64,000 nt of DNA from a virus (taxonomy: Duplodnaviria > Caudoviricetes), in the IMG/VR virus record IMGVR_UViG_3300035670_000187, positions 1,697-65,696 of that record. One strand, 5' to 3'. The notes under the pieces are model-generated. The model saw nothing but the letters and a program-made list of their open reading frames with translations, was not told the origin of the DNA and did no database searches. Shown in pieces: positions 38,828 through 49,900 of the stretch. Both the position numbers and the translations under genes were made by a program. Within the stretch, counting starts at the first letter, position 1; every line of letters begins with the position of its first letter.

Positions 38828-38877
38828 ACGAAACACATGAAAATCTGATCGGCTATTAGAGGGAATTGTGAACTCGA

Positions 38878-41610
38878 ATGGCTATTAATAGAACATTTAG
38901 CGTCAGGCATGGTCTTGACGTTGCAAACACCATTGTATTAGATTCCGAGCGTAATCTAAGCAACGTGAACGTCGCCAACGTTCACACGATAAATGCTAAC
39001 ACATATCTCACCGTTGCTGGTCTTAATGTAGTAGACCATATCAACTCAGCATTTAGCACTGCTAATTCTAAAGTAGAATCAATTAATGTGTCTGGAAATG
39101 GTTTATCTGTTTCTAATTCTACCACATTAAATTTAAATCAATATACTCTAAGTGTTAATTCTGCGACTACAATCGAGCGCGGAACCACATTACTCATAGA
39201 CAGCATTTCTAGCTCAGATATTGCGAATGCTGCAACTGCAAACGCCGTTAAAACAGCATGGGATTATGCTAACACTAAATTGTCATTATCTGGCGGAACC
39301 ATTAATGGTTCGCTCAACGTTTCTGGCAATCTCACAATTACAGGTCAAACCAAATACATTAATGTCGAAACATATAGTGTAACTGATCCGTTAATTTATC
39401 TTGCAGCAAATAATGAAACTTCAGATCTTGTTGATATTGGCTTCATGGGTGGTCACAACACTTCTGGTGTTTATCAACATTCAGGTTTGGTGCGAGATGC
39501 TGGTGATGGGACCTGGTATTTGTTCACAGGTCTTTTAGACGAAGGACATGAAAATAACGTTGTTGATTTTGCAAATACAACATTAGCAACGTTGAGATCT
39601 AATATTGCTGCGAACAGCATTACATTAGTTGGTAATACTGTTGCTACTCAAGCTAATTTAACACTAGCACATGATCAAGCAAACACTGCCCATAATCAAG
39701 CCAATGCAGCCTATGCTCAAGCAAATCTAGCTTATGATGCTGCCAATAACGCCAAAGTTACAGTTTTTGCAAATAATGCATCAAATGTAACAACTCAAAA
39801 TTTAAACTTTGTTAACACAGCAACAGTAACTGTAGTTGTTTCGCCTGATGGTTCTAATGCCAACGTTGAGTTTATTGCTGCGCCACAAACTGTTGTAGAC
39901 GATACATTTACTGCTGCTGGGAACACGGCAGCTGCAGCCACAGCAAATATCGCAAATGGATTATATCAAATTTCCACCAGCGCTTTTGAGAAAGCCAATG
40001 CGCCTATCACTGTTCGTGAAATTTATGCAACCAATGCGAATATTGTAAACAGTTTTGCTAATATCAATACACTACAGTTTGATACTGAATCGGGTATGGC
40101 TGTTGTTGATGAAAGCAACAATACAGTCACTATTAAACTCAATAGCACCTTTAAGTATTGGAATATCAATGGTTCTCCTGGACTTGAGGCATTTGGTTTA
40201 GATACTGTAAACTTTATTCCACTCGGTGGATTAGAAATTACTGCAAATAATTCTAACACGCCTAAGAGCTTTGTTATCAGTACGGAAAACTTAGCAAATA
40301 ATACTGCGAATGCTGCAAATACAGTATCTTTATCTGTAAATGGCGCAGGAACTCTTTATAATAAAAAACTAAACTTCGTTAATACTGCAAATGTTTCTGT
40401 TACTGTTGTTGACAACGGGGATGGTAATGCAAACATTGCATTTGCGACCACATTTACTGGTGCAGCAGGTCTTTTGCTCTCAGACCGATTTACGGGTACG
40501 GGAGCTTGCACACAGTTCGGATTAACACAAACTTCAACTAATGATAGAACATTTGTATTCTTAAATGGTGTGTCGCAAAAACCAGGCGTAGACTTTACTG
40601 TCAATGATGCCTTGTTAACAATGAATGTTGCACCATCTAATGGAACTGTTCTTGAAGTTCGCACGTTTAGTTCTATTGATTTAACTGATGTTACTAAGAT
40701 ATATTCTGACACATTTAATGGTAATGGGACTAGCAATACATTTACTCTTACAGAATCTAGTGCTACAACTAAAACATTAGTTTATATTGATGGTGTTTGT
40801 CAGCGACCAACTACTGATTATACTGTTGCAGGTAAAACGCTAACATTTACTACACCGCCACTCAGCAATACTGTTATAGAAGCTAGATCATTCTCAACTG
40901 TAGCGATTGGTAATGTTTCTTCGATTCAATCTGATGTATTTACAGGAACTGGCGCATGTACTGCCTTTACACTTGGAACTAATTCAACTACACGTGGCTC
41001 TTTTGTCTTTGTTGATGGTGTTGTGCAAGTTCCAACAACAGATTACAGTGTAAGCAACAATATTGTTACATTTAATTCTCCCCCAGAAGCCAATGCTGTA
41101 ATCGAAATTCGTTCTATTTCTGATTTAAATTTAGTTGTTCCTAATGCCGGAATTGCTAATGGTTTACATAAATTAGAATTAACTACGAAGGGATCTTTCT
41201 TCACGAATGGCGGATTCGCAACAGAAACAGATTCAGTTTCTAGAAATTATATCTTAAGAGGAACTACAACAGGAAATACTGAGACTGAATTGTTTTATAA
41301 CACTAACATGCGAATTCCAGTAAATGCAAATACAACAGTATTTTATACTGCTGACATCGTCGCTCGTAGAACAGATGCGATAGATGAATCAGCAGGATTT
41401 AGTATTAAAGGCGTAGTTGATAATTTCAGTGATACTGTTGCTGACGTTGGTGATCTATACGAACTCATTGTAGCTGAGGATGATGCTGGATTACTTGTAG
41501 ACGCAAGAGCAGATGATACTAACAATTCTATAAATATCTACGTTACAGGATCTACAGGCAAAACAATTCGCTGGACTGCCTTTGTAAAGACTGTTGAGGT
41601 TGCTCAATAA
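38878..41610 (+). CDS. Tail fibre/structural protein with three FTG.G...F.L...V..DGV.Q.P..DY repeats
   Basis: N-terminus paralogous to the previous gene; heptads; three ~70-aa repeats; C-terminal VTG..GKTIRWTA. Confidence 0.8.
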   Translation: MAINRTFSVRHGLDVANTIVLDSERNLSNVNVANVHTINANTYLTVAGLNVVDHINSAFSTANSKVESINVSGNGLSVSNSTTLNLNQYTLSVNSATTIERGTTLLIDSISSSDIANAATANAVKTAWDYANTKLSLSGGTINGSLNVSGNLTITGQTKYINVETYSVTDPLIYLAANNETSDLVDIGFMGGHNTSGVYQHSGLVRDAGDGTWYLFTGLLDEGHENNVVDFANTTLATLRSNIAANSITLVGNTVATQANLTLAHDQANTAHNQANAAYAQANLAYDAANNAKVTVFANNASNVTTQNLNFVNTATVTVVVSPDGSNANVEFIAAPQTVVDDTFTAAGNTAAAATANIANGLYQISTSAFEKANAPITVREIYATNANIVNSFANINTLQFDTESGMAVVDESNNTVTIKLNSTFKYWNINGSPGLEAFGLDTVNFIPLGGLEITANNSNTPKSFVISTENLANNTANAANTVSLSVNGAGTLYNKKLNFVNTANVSVTVVDNGDGNANIAFATTFTGAAGLLLSDRFTGTGACTQFGLTQTSTNDRTFVFLNGVSQKPGVDFTVNDALLTMNVAPSNGTVLEVRTFSSIDLTDVTKIYSDTFNGNGTSNTFTLTESSATTKTLVYIDGVCQRPTTDYTVAGKTLTFTTPPLSNTVIEARSFSTVAIGNVSSIQSDVFTGTGACTAFTLGTNSTTRGSFVFVDGVVQVPTTDYSVSNNIVTFNSPPEANAVIEIRSISDLNLVVPNAGIANGLHKLELTTKGSFFTNGGFATETDSVSRNYILRGTTTGNTETELFYNTNMRIPVNANTTVFYTADIVARRTDAIDESAGFSIKGVVDNFSDTVADVGDLYELIVAEDDAGLLVDARADDTNNSINIYVTGSTGKTIRWTAFVKTVEVAQ

Positions 41611-44456
41611 TGACGATTCGTCAAAGATCAGCAAACATAGCTGGAACACTTATAGCTACTACACTCAATGTTGTCAATAACATTGCGGTGAGCAACATCA
41701 CAACCAGTGAAGGAATCAACGCTGCGTTTTTAACTATTGATAATCTTAAATTAGACAATAATGAAATTATTTCTACTGAAGCAAATGGCAATTTAGTCAT
41801 AGCTGCGAATGGAACTGGGGTAATTAAAGTTCATTCTGATGTTTATGTTGGTGTAAATGTTGCAGAGCATTTTGTAGAAAATGGTTATACCACAGAATCT
41901 ATTGCTCTTGCTGCATTGAAAGATGCCAATGGACCAGCAGAAATAATCGTCGTTAACGAAAACAGTGGTACACTAGCCTATTCAGAATTTTTAGCTTTGA
42001 ACGACACTGCCAATCAGGAACAAGGTTGGATCTCAATCGGTATTAATAGTTCTAACTATGATGACCCTGAGTATACGCTCACTGGTCCTGATGATGGATA
42101 TTTACTCTTCGAAGCACCACTCGGAACAAGCGCGAATGGTGATCTAATTATTGGTACTGGTTCTTATGGTCAAAATAATCATATCGTATTTGCTGCAGGT
42201 GGATTTGAGCCAGAAGATGCTCAGCTGAAAATTCTTCCACCAATTTTAAAGACTGCTGAAATCGTCAAGTCTAGTTTGAGCTCTAATATTGCAACACTTA
42301 CAACAGCGAATACACACACATTTGTAGCCAACGACATAGTTTTAATTGCGAGTGTTGGCGCGCCATATGATGGTCAGCGAAAAATTTTAGGTGTTACATC
42401 TAATACATTTACAGTACCGATTACAAGTACAAATTTGAGTGAGGCGAATGTCAGCCCAGCAGGGTCTGCTACACAAGTGTTGCCATTTAATCGTGGTAGC
42501 GTTGAACTCACTGCGCAGTTATTTGTTGGAGAAGGCGCTCGAGAAGAATTTGATTCTTTGAACATTAATCTAGATAATGGTGTTGCTGTTCCGCTTGGTA
42601 CACTTGTTGACAACGACGGTCCAGGTCAGACTGTTATGATCAATAAGAGCAACGGAACTCTTGCTTATACTGAATATATTTCTCATAACGACGTTGGTGA
42701 TGTTGATTTCGGTTGGATTTCTTTTGGTATCAATAGTTCTAACTATGATGATCCAGAATATCCAATTACCAAAGCTGATGATGGATATTTACTCTATGAA
42801 CCGCCAGCCAATACAACAGGTGATGGCGATCTGATCATTGGTACAGGCACAAGTGGGCAAAAGAATCGATTAATATTCGCCGCAAAAGGTTTTGATGAAC
42901 CCAATGCGCAAATGATCATCACACCAGATGAATCCGTGCGTATTTCAATTAATGCTGACGCAACCTCAGCCAATACTGGTGCGCTTCAAGTCGTCGGTGG
43001 TGTTGGTGTTCAGGGATCTGTATTTGTACAAGGCAATCAAACAATTCAAGGGGACTTGATTGTTAATGGTAGCCAAGTCATTCAAAGTATTGCGAGCGTT
43101 GCTGCAGCAGGTCCCATTTCGCTCGTCGGTGATGGTAACATCGCAAACACTTGGGACTTTGGTATTGTCGGAACTTACGCTAAATCTAGATCAGCCAATT
43201 CTGAAGGAATAGTAAACAAAGTATTGGCTAATAATTTAGCAACACTTACAACTGCTAATAATCATGAATATTTGGTTGAAGATTATGCTGTTGTAACTGA
43301 TGTTGATTCAACGTTTAATGGTACACATCGTATTACTGCTGTTACATCAAATACGTTCAGTTACTTTAAACTCGCGAATAATATTACTTCTACTGCAGCA
43401 ACGGGTAATGTTTCTGTAACTGCAAGAGCAACTTATACTGGTGCTGTAAAAGATACTGCAAATTCTACGTGGAAATTGGTTTCAAATATTGAAGCACGAC
43501 CAGATTTCAATGTGAATTTTGCTAATACTGTTTTAGATAATTTGCAACTAGCAGATGGACTATTTACTGGAACAGTTAATGCAAATAACTTCGTAACCTC
43601 TGCTGGATTAAATGTAACTGACCAAGCAAATAATGCATATGCTGCTGCAAATAATAGAGTGCTGAAAATTGGCGACACGATGACTGGAGAATTGAAACTC
43701 CAGGGATCAGGAATATCATTGAATGTTGCAAACATCTCATATTTTGCAAGTAATGTCGGTATTGGAACTACGAGTCCTGCTGCTAAACTGCACATATTCG
43801 CTGAATCAACAGGCGAAATAGATATTGCTCGATTTTTAACAGCCAATGGAGCAGATACTCAATTTTTAGATATTGGAGCAGACGCTACAAATAATTTTGT
43901 ATCTTTTGATGTTACAGGAACTTCTTCTGGTAATTATCTTTTCCGCAGTGGCGGTACGGAACGTGTTCGTTTTCAAAGTGATGGAAATGTTGGTATTGGA
44001 ACCACCAATGCATCATCTAAACTCGATGTAATAGGTGACATTACTGCTAATGGTATGTTGGGTCGTTCTTATTCGCAAACTTCTTATAGCTCTAATACAG
44101 CAATATTTGATACAATCGCAACATCAGGTGCTGGATTATATCAAGTTGTATTGGCAACAAATCCAAATTCTGGTAATTCAGCTTCTTACATAGATTGGAT
44201 TTATGGAAAAGTTTTAGTGGGAACGGGATGGAATGGAAGTGCAGCAACTGATTATATCTATTTTGTACAAGAAAACCCAGATCCTAGAACGTTATATGAT
44301 TCTGGTGGTGGAAACTTAGCTGGTGATGCTGTGTTTAATGTTGGGGGTTCAGAATTTAGTTCACTTTCTGCAGGAACTTCTTATACCATTAGATTTAAAG
44401 TTTCTGGATATACTGCAAATCCAAATTCAACAATTAGATTAACGAAGATTGGTTAA
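41610..44456 (+). CDS. Tail fibre protein, paralog A
   Basis: Duplicated NSSNYDDPEY module, KxGDTMTG, GNVGIGT repeats. Confidence 0.8.
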   Translation: MTIRQRSANIAGTLIATTLNVVNNIAVSNITTSEGINAAFLTIDNLKLDNNEIISTEANGNLVIAANGTGVIKVHSDVYVGVNVAEHFVENGYTTESIALAALKDANGPAEIIVVNENSGTLAYSEFLALNDTANQEQGWISIGINSSNYDDPEYTLTGPDDGYLLFEAPLGTSANGDLIIGTGSYGQNNHIVFAAGGFEPEDAQLKILPPILKTAEIVKSSLSSNIATLTTANTHTFVANDIVLIASVGAPYDGQRKILGVTSNTFTVPITSTNLSEANVSPAGSATQVLPFNRGSVELTAQLFVGEGAREEFDSLNINLDNGVAVPLGTLVDNDGPGQTVMINKSNGTLAYTEYISHNDVGDVDFGWISFGINSSNYDDPEYPITKADDGYLLYEPPANTTGDGDLIIGTGTSGQKNRLIFAAKGFDEPNAQMIITPDESVRISINADATSANTGALQVVGGVGVQGSVFVQGNQTIQGDLIVNGSQVIQSIASVAAAGPISLVGDGNIANTWDFGIVGTYAKSRSANSEGIVNKVLANNLATLTTANNHEYLVEDYAVVTDVDSTFNGTHRITAVTSNTFSYFKLANNITSTAATGNVSVTARATYTGAVKDTANSTWKLVSNIEARPDFNVNFANTVLDNLQLADGLFTGTVNANNFVTSAGLNVTDQANNAYAAANNRVLKIGDTMTGELKLQGSGISLNVANISYFASNVGIGTTSPAAKLHIFAESTGEIDIARFLTANGADTQFLDIGADATNNFVSFDVTGTSSGNYLFRSGGTERVRFQSDGNVGIGTTNASSKLDVIGDITANGMLGRSYSQTSYSSNTAIFDTIATSGAGLYQVVLATNPNSGNSASYIDWIYGKVLVGTGWNGSAATDYIYFVQENPDPRTLYDSGGGNLAGDAVFNVGGSEFSSLSAGTSYTIRFKVSGYTANPNSTIRLTKIG

Positions 44457-44458
44457 AA

Positions 44459-46936
44459 ATGGCTACAAATAAACTTATAATTGAAAATTCTAGTGGTAAT
44501 GTTGGCATTGGAACAACGAGTCCAGAAGCAGTATTGCATGTTGCAGCTGCAACAGATGGTGCAGACACAATTTATGCATCTTCAAATAATGCGAATGCAG
44601 TAATAATTTTACGTCCTGATGGAGCAAACGGAAGTGTAATTCGATACGGTGGAAACGGCGCAAATTCTAATATTTTGCGATTTGTAGGTGTTAGTGATGC
44701 TGAAGGCATGCGAATTAGTGGTGGTGAAGTTGGCATTGGAACAACTACTCCTTCAGCAAAACTACATGTTGAAGGAAACGTGTTAGCGAGCAATAGTTTT
44801 ATTTCAGCATTTAATACTGCGATAGATGGTAGTGCGCCTTATGATTGGATTTTTCTTGGTCCAGCTGGAAATAATGCTACTCGCGCAGCTGCAGTTAGAA
44901 TTGGTGATATTGATGGTGCCAATTATGCTATTCGCGGTGGTGGTTATGGTCTACATTTTCAAAAACATGTTGTTGATGGTGCATCTAGAAGTTGGTCGCC
45001 TGTTATGCAATTTGTAGCAACGGATGCTACGACTTCGAATGTAACTGTATTCATTTCAAATAATTTAGGTATTGGCACATCAAGTCCAACATCTAAAGTT
45101 ACTATTTCAAATATTACATTAAGTCAAAGTAATTCTGCTTTAGATATTAATGCCAGTGGTTCAGGAACATATCAGAGAGGCATTAGAGTTTTAAACAGTT
45201 CTATGGGCAGTGGTGATGGTATTGCAGTGCAAGTTGGTAAAGCTGATAGCACTCGTAATGCTGGACAAATGACGTTTAACCACATAAGTGATGCAAATAC
45301 AAGTAACTATTTAGAATTTGGTTTACATGGTGTTGATAAAGTTTTAAATATTGCTGGCACAGGTAATGTTGGTGTTGCTATAACATCTCCAGCAGCAAAA
45401 CTTCATGTATCGCAAGCCTCTCCTGGCGGCGTTGGTTCTGTGCCAGCTAATGTTACAGCTATACTTGATAACACTGCGAATAATTATTTATTGTTTAGAA
45501 CATCTGCAGATAACAACTCATATTCGGGGTTGATATTCCAAGATAATAATGTTGGTGCTTCGATCACATATAGAAATTATGCTGGCAGCGGAGAAAATGA
45601 TGGTACTAATGGCGATGCTATGTATTTTCACACATACACAGATTTTATTTTTCAAAATGGTACTGGTGCAGGTGTCAATTTAAACCCCGAAACGTTTAGA
45701 ATTAAACAAAATGGTAATATAGGAATAAACACTGTAACTCCATCAGCAAAATTGCATATCGTCGGTGGCGGCAGTCAACAATTGCGAGTAGTTGGATCAG
45801 AAGCTGATATTTGGCTGCAAAGCACAGGTGGTGGTGCGGGAATTTGGAGAATTTTAGGTTCAACTGGAGCCACTACAAAATTATTCAGAATTTATGATGA
45901 AGAAAATAGTGCTAATCGATTAGTAATCAACAGTAGCGGTGAAATCGGTATCGGAACAGGCAGTCCTGTCAATAGACTTCACGTGAATGGCGGCAAATTT
46001 GTTATTACAACTGACGATGGATCATATGGTAATATGCAAATTAATGCACCTGGTGGTGGTGAAGCATCGATTGTATTTGGTAGCACAGGTTCAAATCAAA
46101 ATTCTGGTGGATACACAAACGCTGGTGTGATTGGTATTGGTGCATATGGAAATAGTAGAGACAGACTTGTTTTAGGAACTGGGTATTCCGCAGGAACTTT
46201 ATTCTTAAGAAGCGGTAATGTAAGTATAGGAACAAGTACTCCATTAAAACGTCTTGACATTCGCGGAAATGTGGGTATTGGTCATCTTGTTGGTACTGAT
46301 GGAACATCATGGTATGGACAAGGTCAAGGTCCTTGGGGTAAATTTATTGAAATGGGTGAATCATTAGAATGGTTCGGGAACCCTGCTGTTTACAGTAATC
46401 GTTATGGTATAAACGTTGCTTGGGATTCAGATTACCATTTTATTGGATTGAAATATCTTTCAGGCGACGTTGTTGATGCATTATTTCAAATTGAACAAGA
46501 TAATGATAATTGGGTTTGGCAAGTAGCAGACACAATTAAGGCTAGACTAGTTTCTTCAAGTGGCGATTGGCAAATTACAGGTGTTGTAAGTGCATCATAC
46601 AGCTTCTCTGATAGAAGATTAAAAACTGACATCACAAATCTAGATAGTAAAACGTCGCTCGATAAGGTTTTACAACTTCAAGGTGTAAACTATAAGTGGA
46701 TTGATGGAAACAGAAAAGGTGTTCCTCAAATTGGATTTATTGCTCAAGATGTTGAAGAAGTAGTTCCAGAAGTTGTATTTGAAACAACTAGAATGTCAGA
46801 AGGTGATGGAGATCATCTGAATAAAACTCTTTATAAGAGAATCGATTATGAAAGAATGGTCGCTCTTTTGGCTGAAGCAATTAAAGAGCAACAAAAAGAA
46901 ATTGAGGCTCTTAAACAAAAATTGAATGTTTCATAG
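44459..46936 (+). CDS. Tail fibre with C-terminal intramolecular chaperone (Peptidase S74-like)
   Basis: Multiple GNVGIGT repeats; SDRRLKTDI, GFIAQDVEEVVPEVV, IDYERMVALLAEAIKEQQ. Confidence 0.88.
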   Translation: MATNKLIIENSSGNVGIGTTSPEAVLHVAAATDGADTIYASSNNANAVIILRPDGANGSVIRYGGNGANSNILRFVGVSDAEGMRISGGEVGIGTTTPSAKLHVEGNVLASNSFISAFNTAIDGSAPYDWIFLGPAGNNATRAAAVRIGDIDGANYAIRGGGYGLHFQKHVVDGASRSWSPVMQFVATDATTSNVTVFISNNLGIGTSSPTSKVTISNITLSQSNSALDINASGSGTYQRGIRVLNSSMGSGDGIAVQVGKADSTRNAGQMTFNHISDANTSNYLEFGLHGVDKVLNIAGTGNVGVAITSPAAKLHVSQASPGGVGSVPANVTAILDNTANNYLLFRTSADNNSYSGLIFQDNNVGASITYRNYAGSGENDGTNGDAMYFHTYTDFIFQNGTGAGVNLNPETFRIKQNGNIGINTVTPSAKLHIVGGGSQQLRVVGSEADIWLQSTGGGAGIWRILGSTGATTKLFRIYDEENSANRLVINSSGEIGIGTGSPVNRLHVNGGKFVITTDDGSYGNMQINAPGGGEASIVFGSTGSNQNSGGYTNAGVIGIGAYGNSRDRLVLGTGYSAGTLFLRSGNVSIGTSTPLKRLDIRGNVGIGHLVGTDGTSWYGQGQGPWGKFIEMGESLEWFGNPAVYSNRYGINVAWDSDYHFIGLKYLSGDVVDALFQIEQDNDNWVWQVADTIKARLVSSSGDWQITGVVSASYSFSDRRLKTDITNLDSKTSLDKVLQLQGVNYKWIDGNRKGVPQIGFIAQDVEEVVPEVVFETTRMSEGDGDHLNKTLYKRIDYERMVALLAEAIKEQQKEIEALKQKLNVS

Positions 46937-46939
46937 TAA

Positions 46940-46947
46940 AATAAATA
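46940..46947 (+). promoter_or_regulatory. Late-promoter variant AATAAATA
   Basis: Intergenic, upstream of fibre B. Confidence 0.55.
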
Positions 46948-46970
46948 CTGAAATAACCTTGGAAATTTAA

Positions 46971-49900
46971 ATGTCACAAACAGTAGTTACAGTTGATGTT
47001 GGTGGTACTGGCGCGAATAATGCGAATGCCGCACTCACCAATCTAGGTGCGCTGCCAACCTTTGGCGGTTCCATCACAGGAAATCTAAACGTTTCGAATA
47101 ATATCGTTGTAACAGGAAATGCGAATTTAAATAATTTCGTAATTTCTGGTAATTCTATTGTAACAACTGAAAATAATGGTGACGTTGTTTTAACTCCTAA
47201 TGGAGATGGAAAACTTCGTGTTAGATCCGATGTATTATTCGGTAATGGCGCCGAAGCGCACTTTGCTTCTGCTGGAATCGACGAATCTACAATTGCGATT
47301 GGTTCTGTTGCTGATTCGAATAGTGCTTCTGAAGTTTTAGCAGTGAATAAAAACAGCGGAACACTCGCTTATTCAGAATTTATTGCAATAAATGATGCTG
47401 GTGATCAAGATAGTGGCTGGATTTCAATTGGTGTAAATAGCTCTAACTATGATGATCCTGAGTATACGCTCACTGGTCCAGATGATGGCTATTTGTTATT
47501 TGAACCACCACAAGGAACTGCTGCGAATGGTGATTTGATTATCGGCACTGGTTCTTATGGTTTAAACAATAAGATCATTCTCGCAGCAGGTGGATTTACA
47601 CCTTCTGACGCGCAGTTAATCGTCGCTCCAGCAGATCTCAAAAGAGCTAACTTAGTTTCTTACTCGGTTTCTTCTAATGTTGTGACGTTCGTTACTGACA
47701 TTACACACACTTTTGTAGCTAACGACATTGTTTCTATTTCTGAAGTTGGTGCACCTTATGATGGCACTCGAACAATCACCGCAGTCACATCAAATACACT
47801 TAATGTCTCAGTTACTACTGGTGATATTGGTTCAGTCAATTTAAGTCCACCAGGATTTGCTTTACAATTCTTACCTTTTAATAAGGGAACAGTAGAATTA
47901 ACAGCTCAATTATTTGTTGGTGAAAATTCTAAATCAACTATTGAAACTGCGAATCTAACATTATCTGAAGGATTTGCTGTTCCATTGGGCGTCGTCGTGA
48001 ACAACGATGGTCCTGGACAAGTTTCAATGTTCAACAAGAGCAACGGTGCTCTGGCGTATACTGAGTTCATTGCTCAAAATGATGCTGCCGATGCGGATAT
48101 GGGTTGGGTTTCTTTCGGTATTAATAGCTCTGGTTATGATGATCCAGAATTCCCCATCACCAAAGCTGACGATGCTTATTTGTTGTACGAGCCACCAGCA
48201 AATACAACAGGTGATGGTGATCTAATTATAGGTACAGGAACAAACGGATCTAAGAATCGATTGATCTTTGCTGCTGAAGGTTTCGACGAAGCCAATGCTC
48301 AAATGATCATCACGCCAAATGAATCTGTTCGTATTGCGATTGCAACGGATGCTTCTAGCTCTAACACTGGTGCATTACAAGTTGTCGGTGGTGTTGGCGT
48401 TCAGGGTTCAATGTATGTCCAGGGCAATCAAACGATTCAGGGAGATTTGATCGTCAATGGATCTCAGGTCATTCAGAGCATCAATGAATTGACTGCTTCT
48501 GGTCCGATTTCATTATTGAGCGATGGTAACATTGCAAATACATGGGATCAAGGTCTCGTTGGAACTTATGCTGTTTCAAAGGCATCCGTCACAGAAGATA
48601 TTGCATTTAAAGAAATTGCGAATAACACTGCAACGCTGACAACTTCAAACAATCATAGTTTCTTGGTAGAAGATTATGTTGTTGTTGCTAACGTTGATGC
48701 AACTTTTGATGGAACGCATCGAATCACAGCAGTGTCTTCAAACACGTTTAGTTACTTCAAACTTGCGAATAATCTAACACAAACTGCGGCTACAGGTACA
48801 GGTACAGTTGATAAGTCTGCCAAATATACTGGCGTTGTAAAACGAGCATCTGATGGTGCTTGGAGAGTATTTTCAAATCTCGGAACAAGACCAGATTTCA
48901 ACACTGACTTTGCTGATGCAAATTTAGTCTATGATTCAATCATTGCTGGTGAAGGAACATTTAATGGTTCGTTGAAACTTGGAACGCCAAACACTGCAAC
49001 AATCACCTATACTGACGCGAACAATAGAACACTCAGTATACCAGCACTTACTGGCGATAGAACCTTTGCGTTTTTAAATGAACCACAAACATTCACCGCA
49101 GCACAAGCATTTAGCAGCACTGTTACTGGAACAAAGTTCATTCCAACAGCTGGTGATGCAACAGGAAATGGATTGTATCTAGCAGGAACAAACAAGCTCG
49201 CGCTTTCTGCTGATGGTGTTGAAAGAATCAGCATTTCTGCAAGTGAAACAGTGATCAATGACGGAGGCAACGACTATGACTTCCGCGTTGAATCTGATGG
49301 CAATGCAAACATGTTGCTTGTTGATGGTGGATTGAATCGTGTTGGCATTGGCACCGGTGCACCAGAGCAAACATTGCATGTTCAAGGAAATACTTATATC
49401 AATGGGAATGTGGGGATTGGAACAACAAGTCCAACACCACACAATGGATCTAATGCATTAGTCGTTAGAGGCGGTGGTGGCGGAAGAGGAATTATTGAAG
49501 TTTGGGATGGTGTTGCAGGTAAAGCAGTTTTCCAACAACTGGGTGGCAAAACTTACATTGGAAACTTAGATAAAGGATCCGTCGGTGGGACAAATGGAGA
49601 TTTGTCGTTTCTTGTGGGCGGCGATGGAACTAATGCCACAGAAGCTATTGTTATTAAAAGTGATGGGAATGTTGGGATTGGAACAACGAGTCCACAAGCC
49701 AAACTCCATATTTCCGATAGCTCAACACAAAACATAGAAATAACTGGAAATTATATTCAATCATTTAATCGTGGTGGTTCTCCTGGATATCAATCATTAA
49801 ATTTTTATGGTAGTTCTTATACTTTTCATGTCGGAAACGTTGGTATTGGAACAACAAATCCATCTACAATATTAACAATTAGTAAAACCATTGATTCTGC

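Noticed and set aside
37250-38833. 8-bp inverted repeat TTTCGTTT/AAACGAAA flanking the 37280 gene
   Set aside because: Too short in AT-rich DNA and no invertase nearby; likely chance
44450-44465. Programmed frameshift fusing fibre A to the 44459 gene
   Set aside because: No clear slippery heptamer before the stop, and fibre A ends in a complete-looking tip domain
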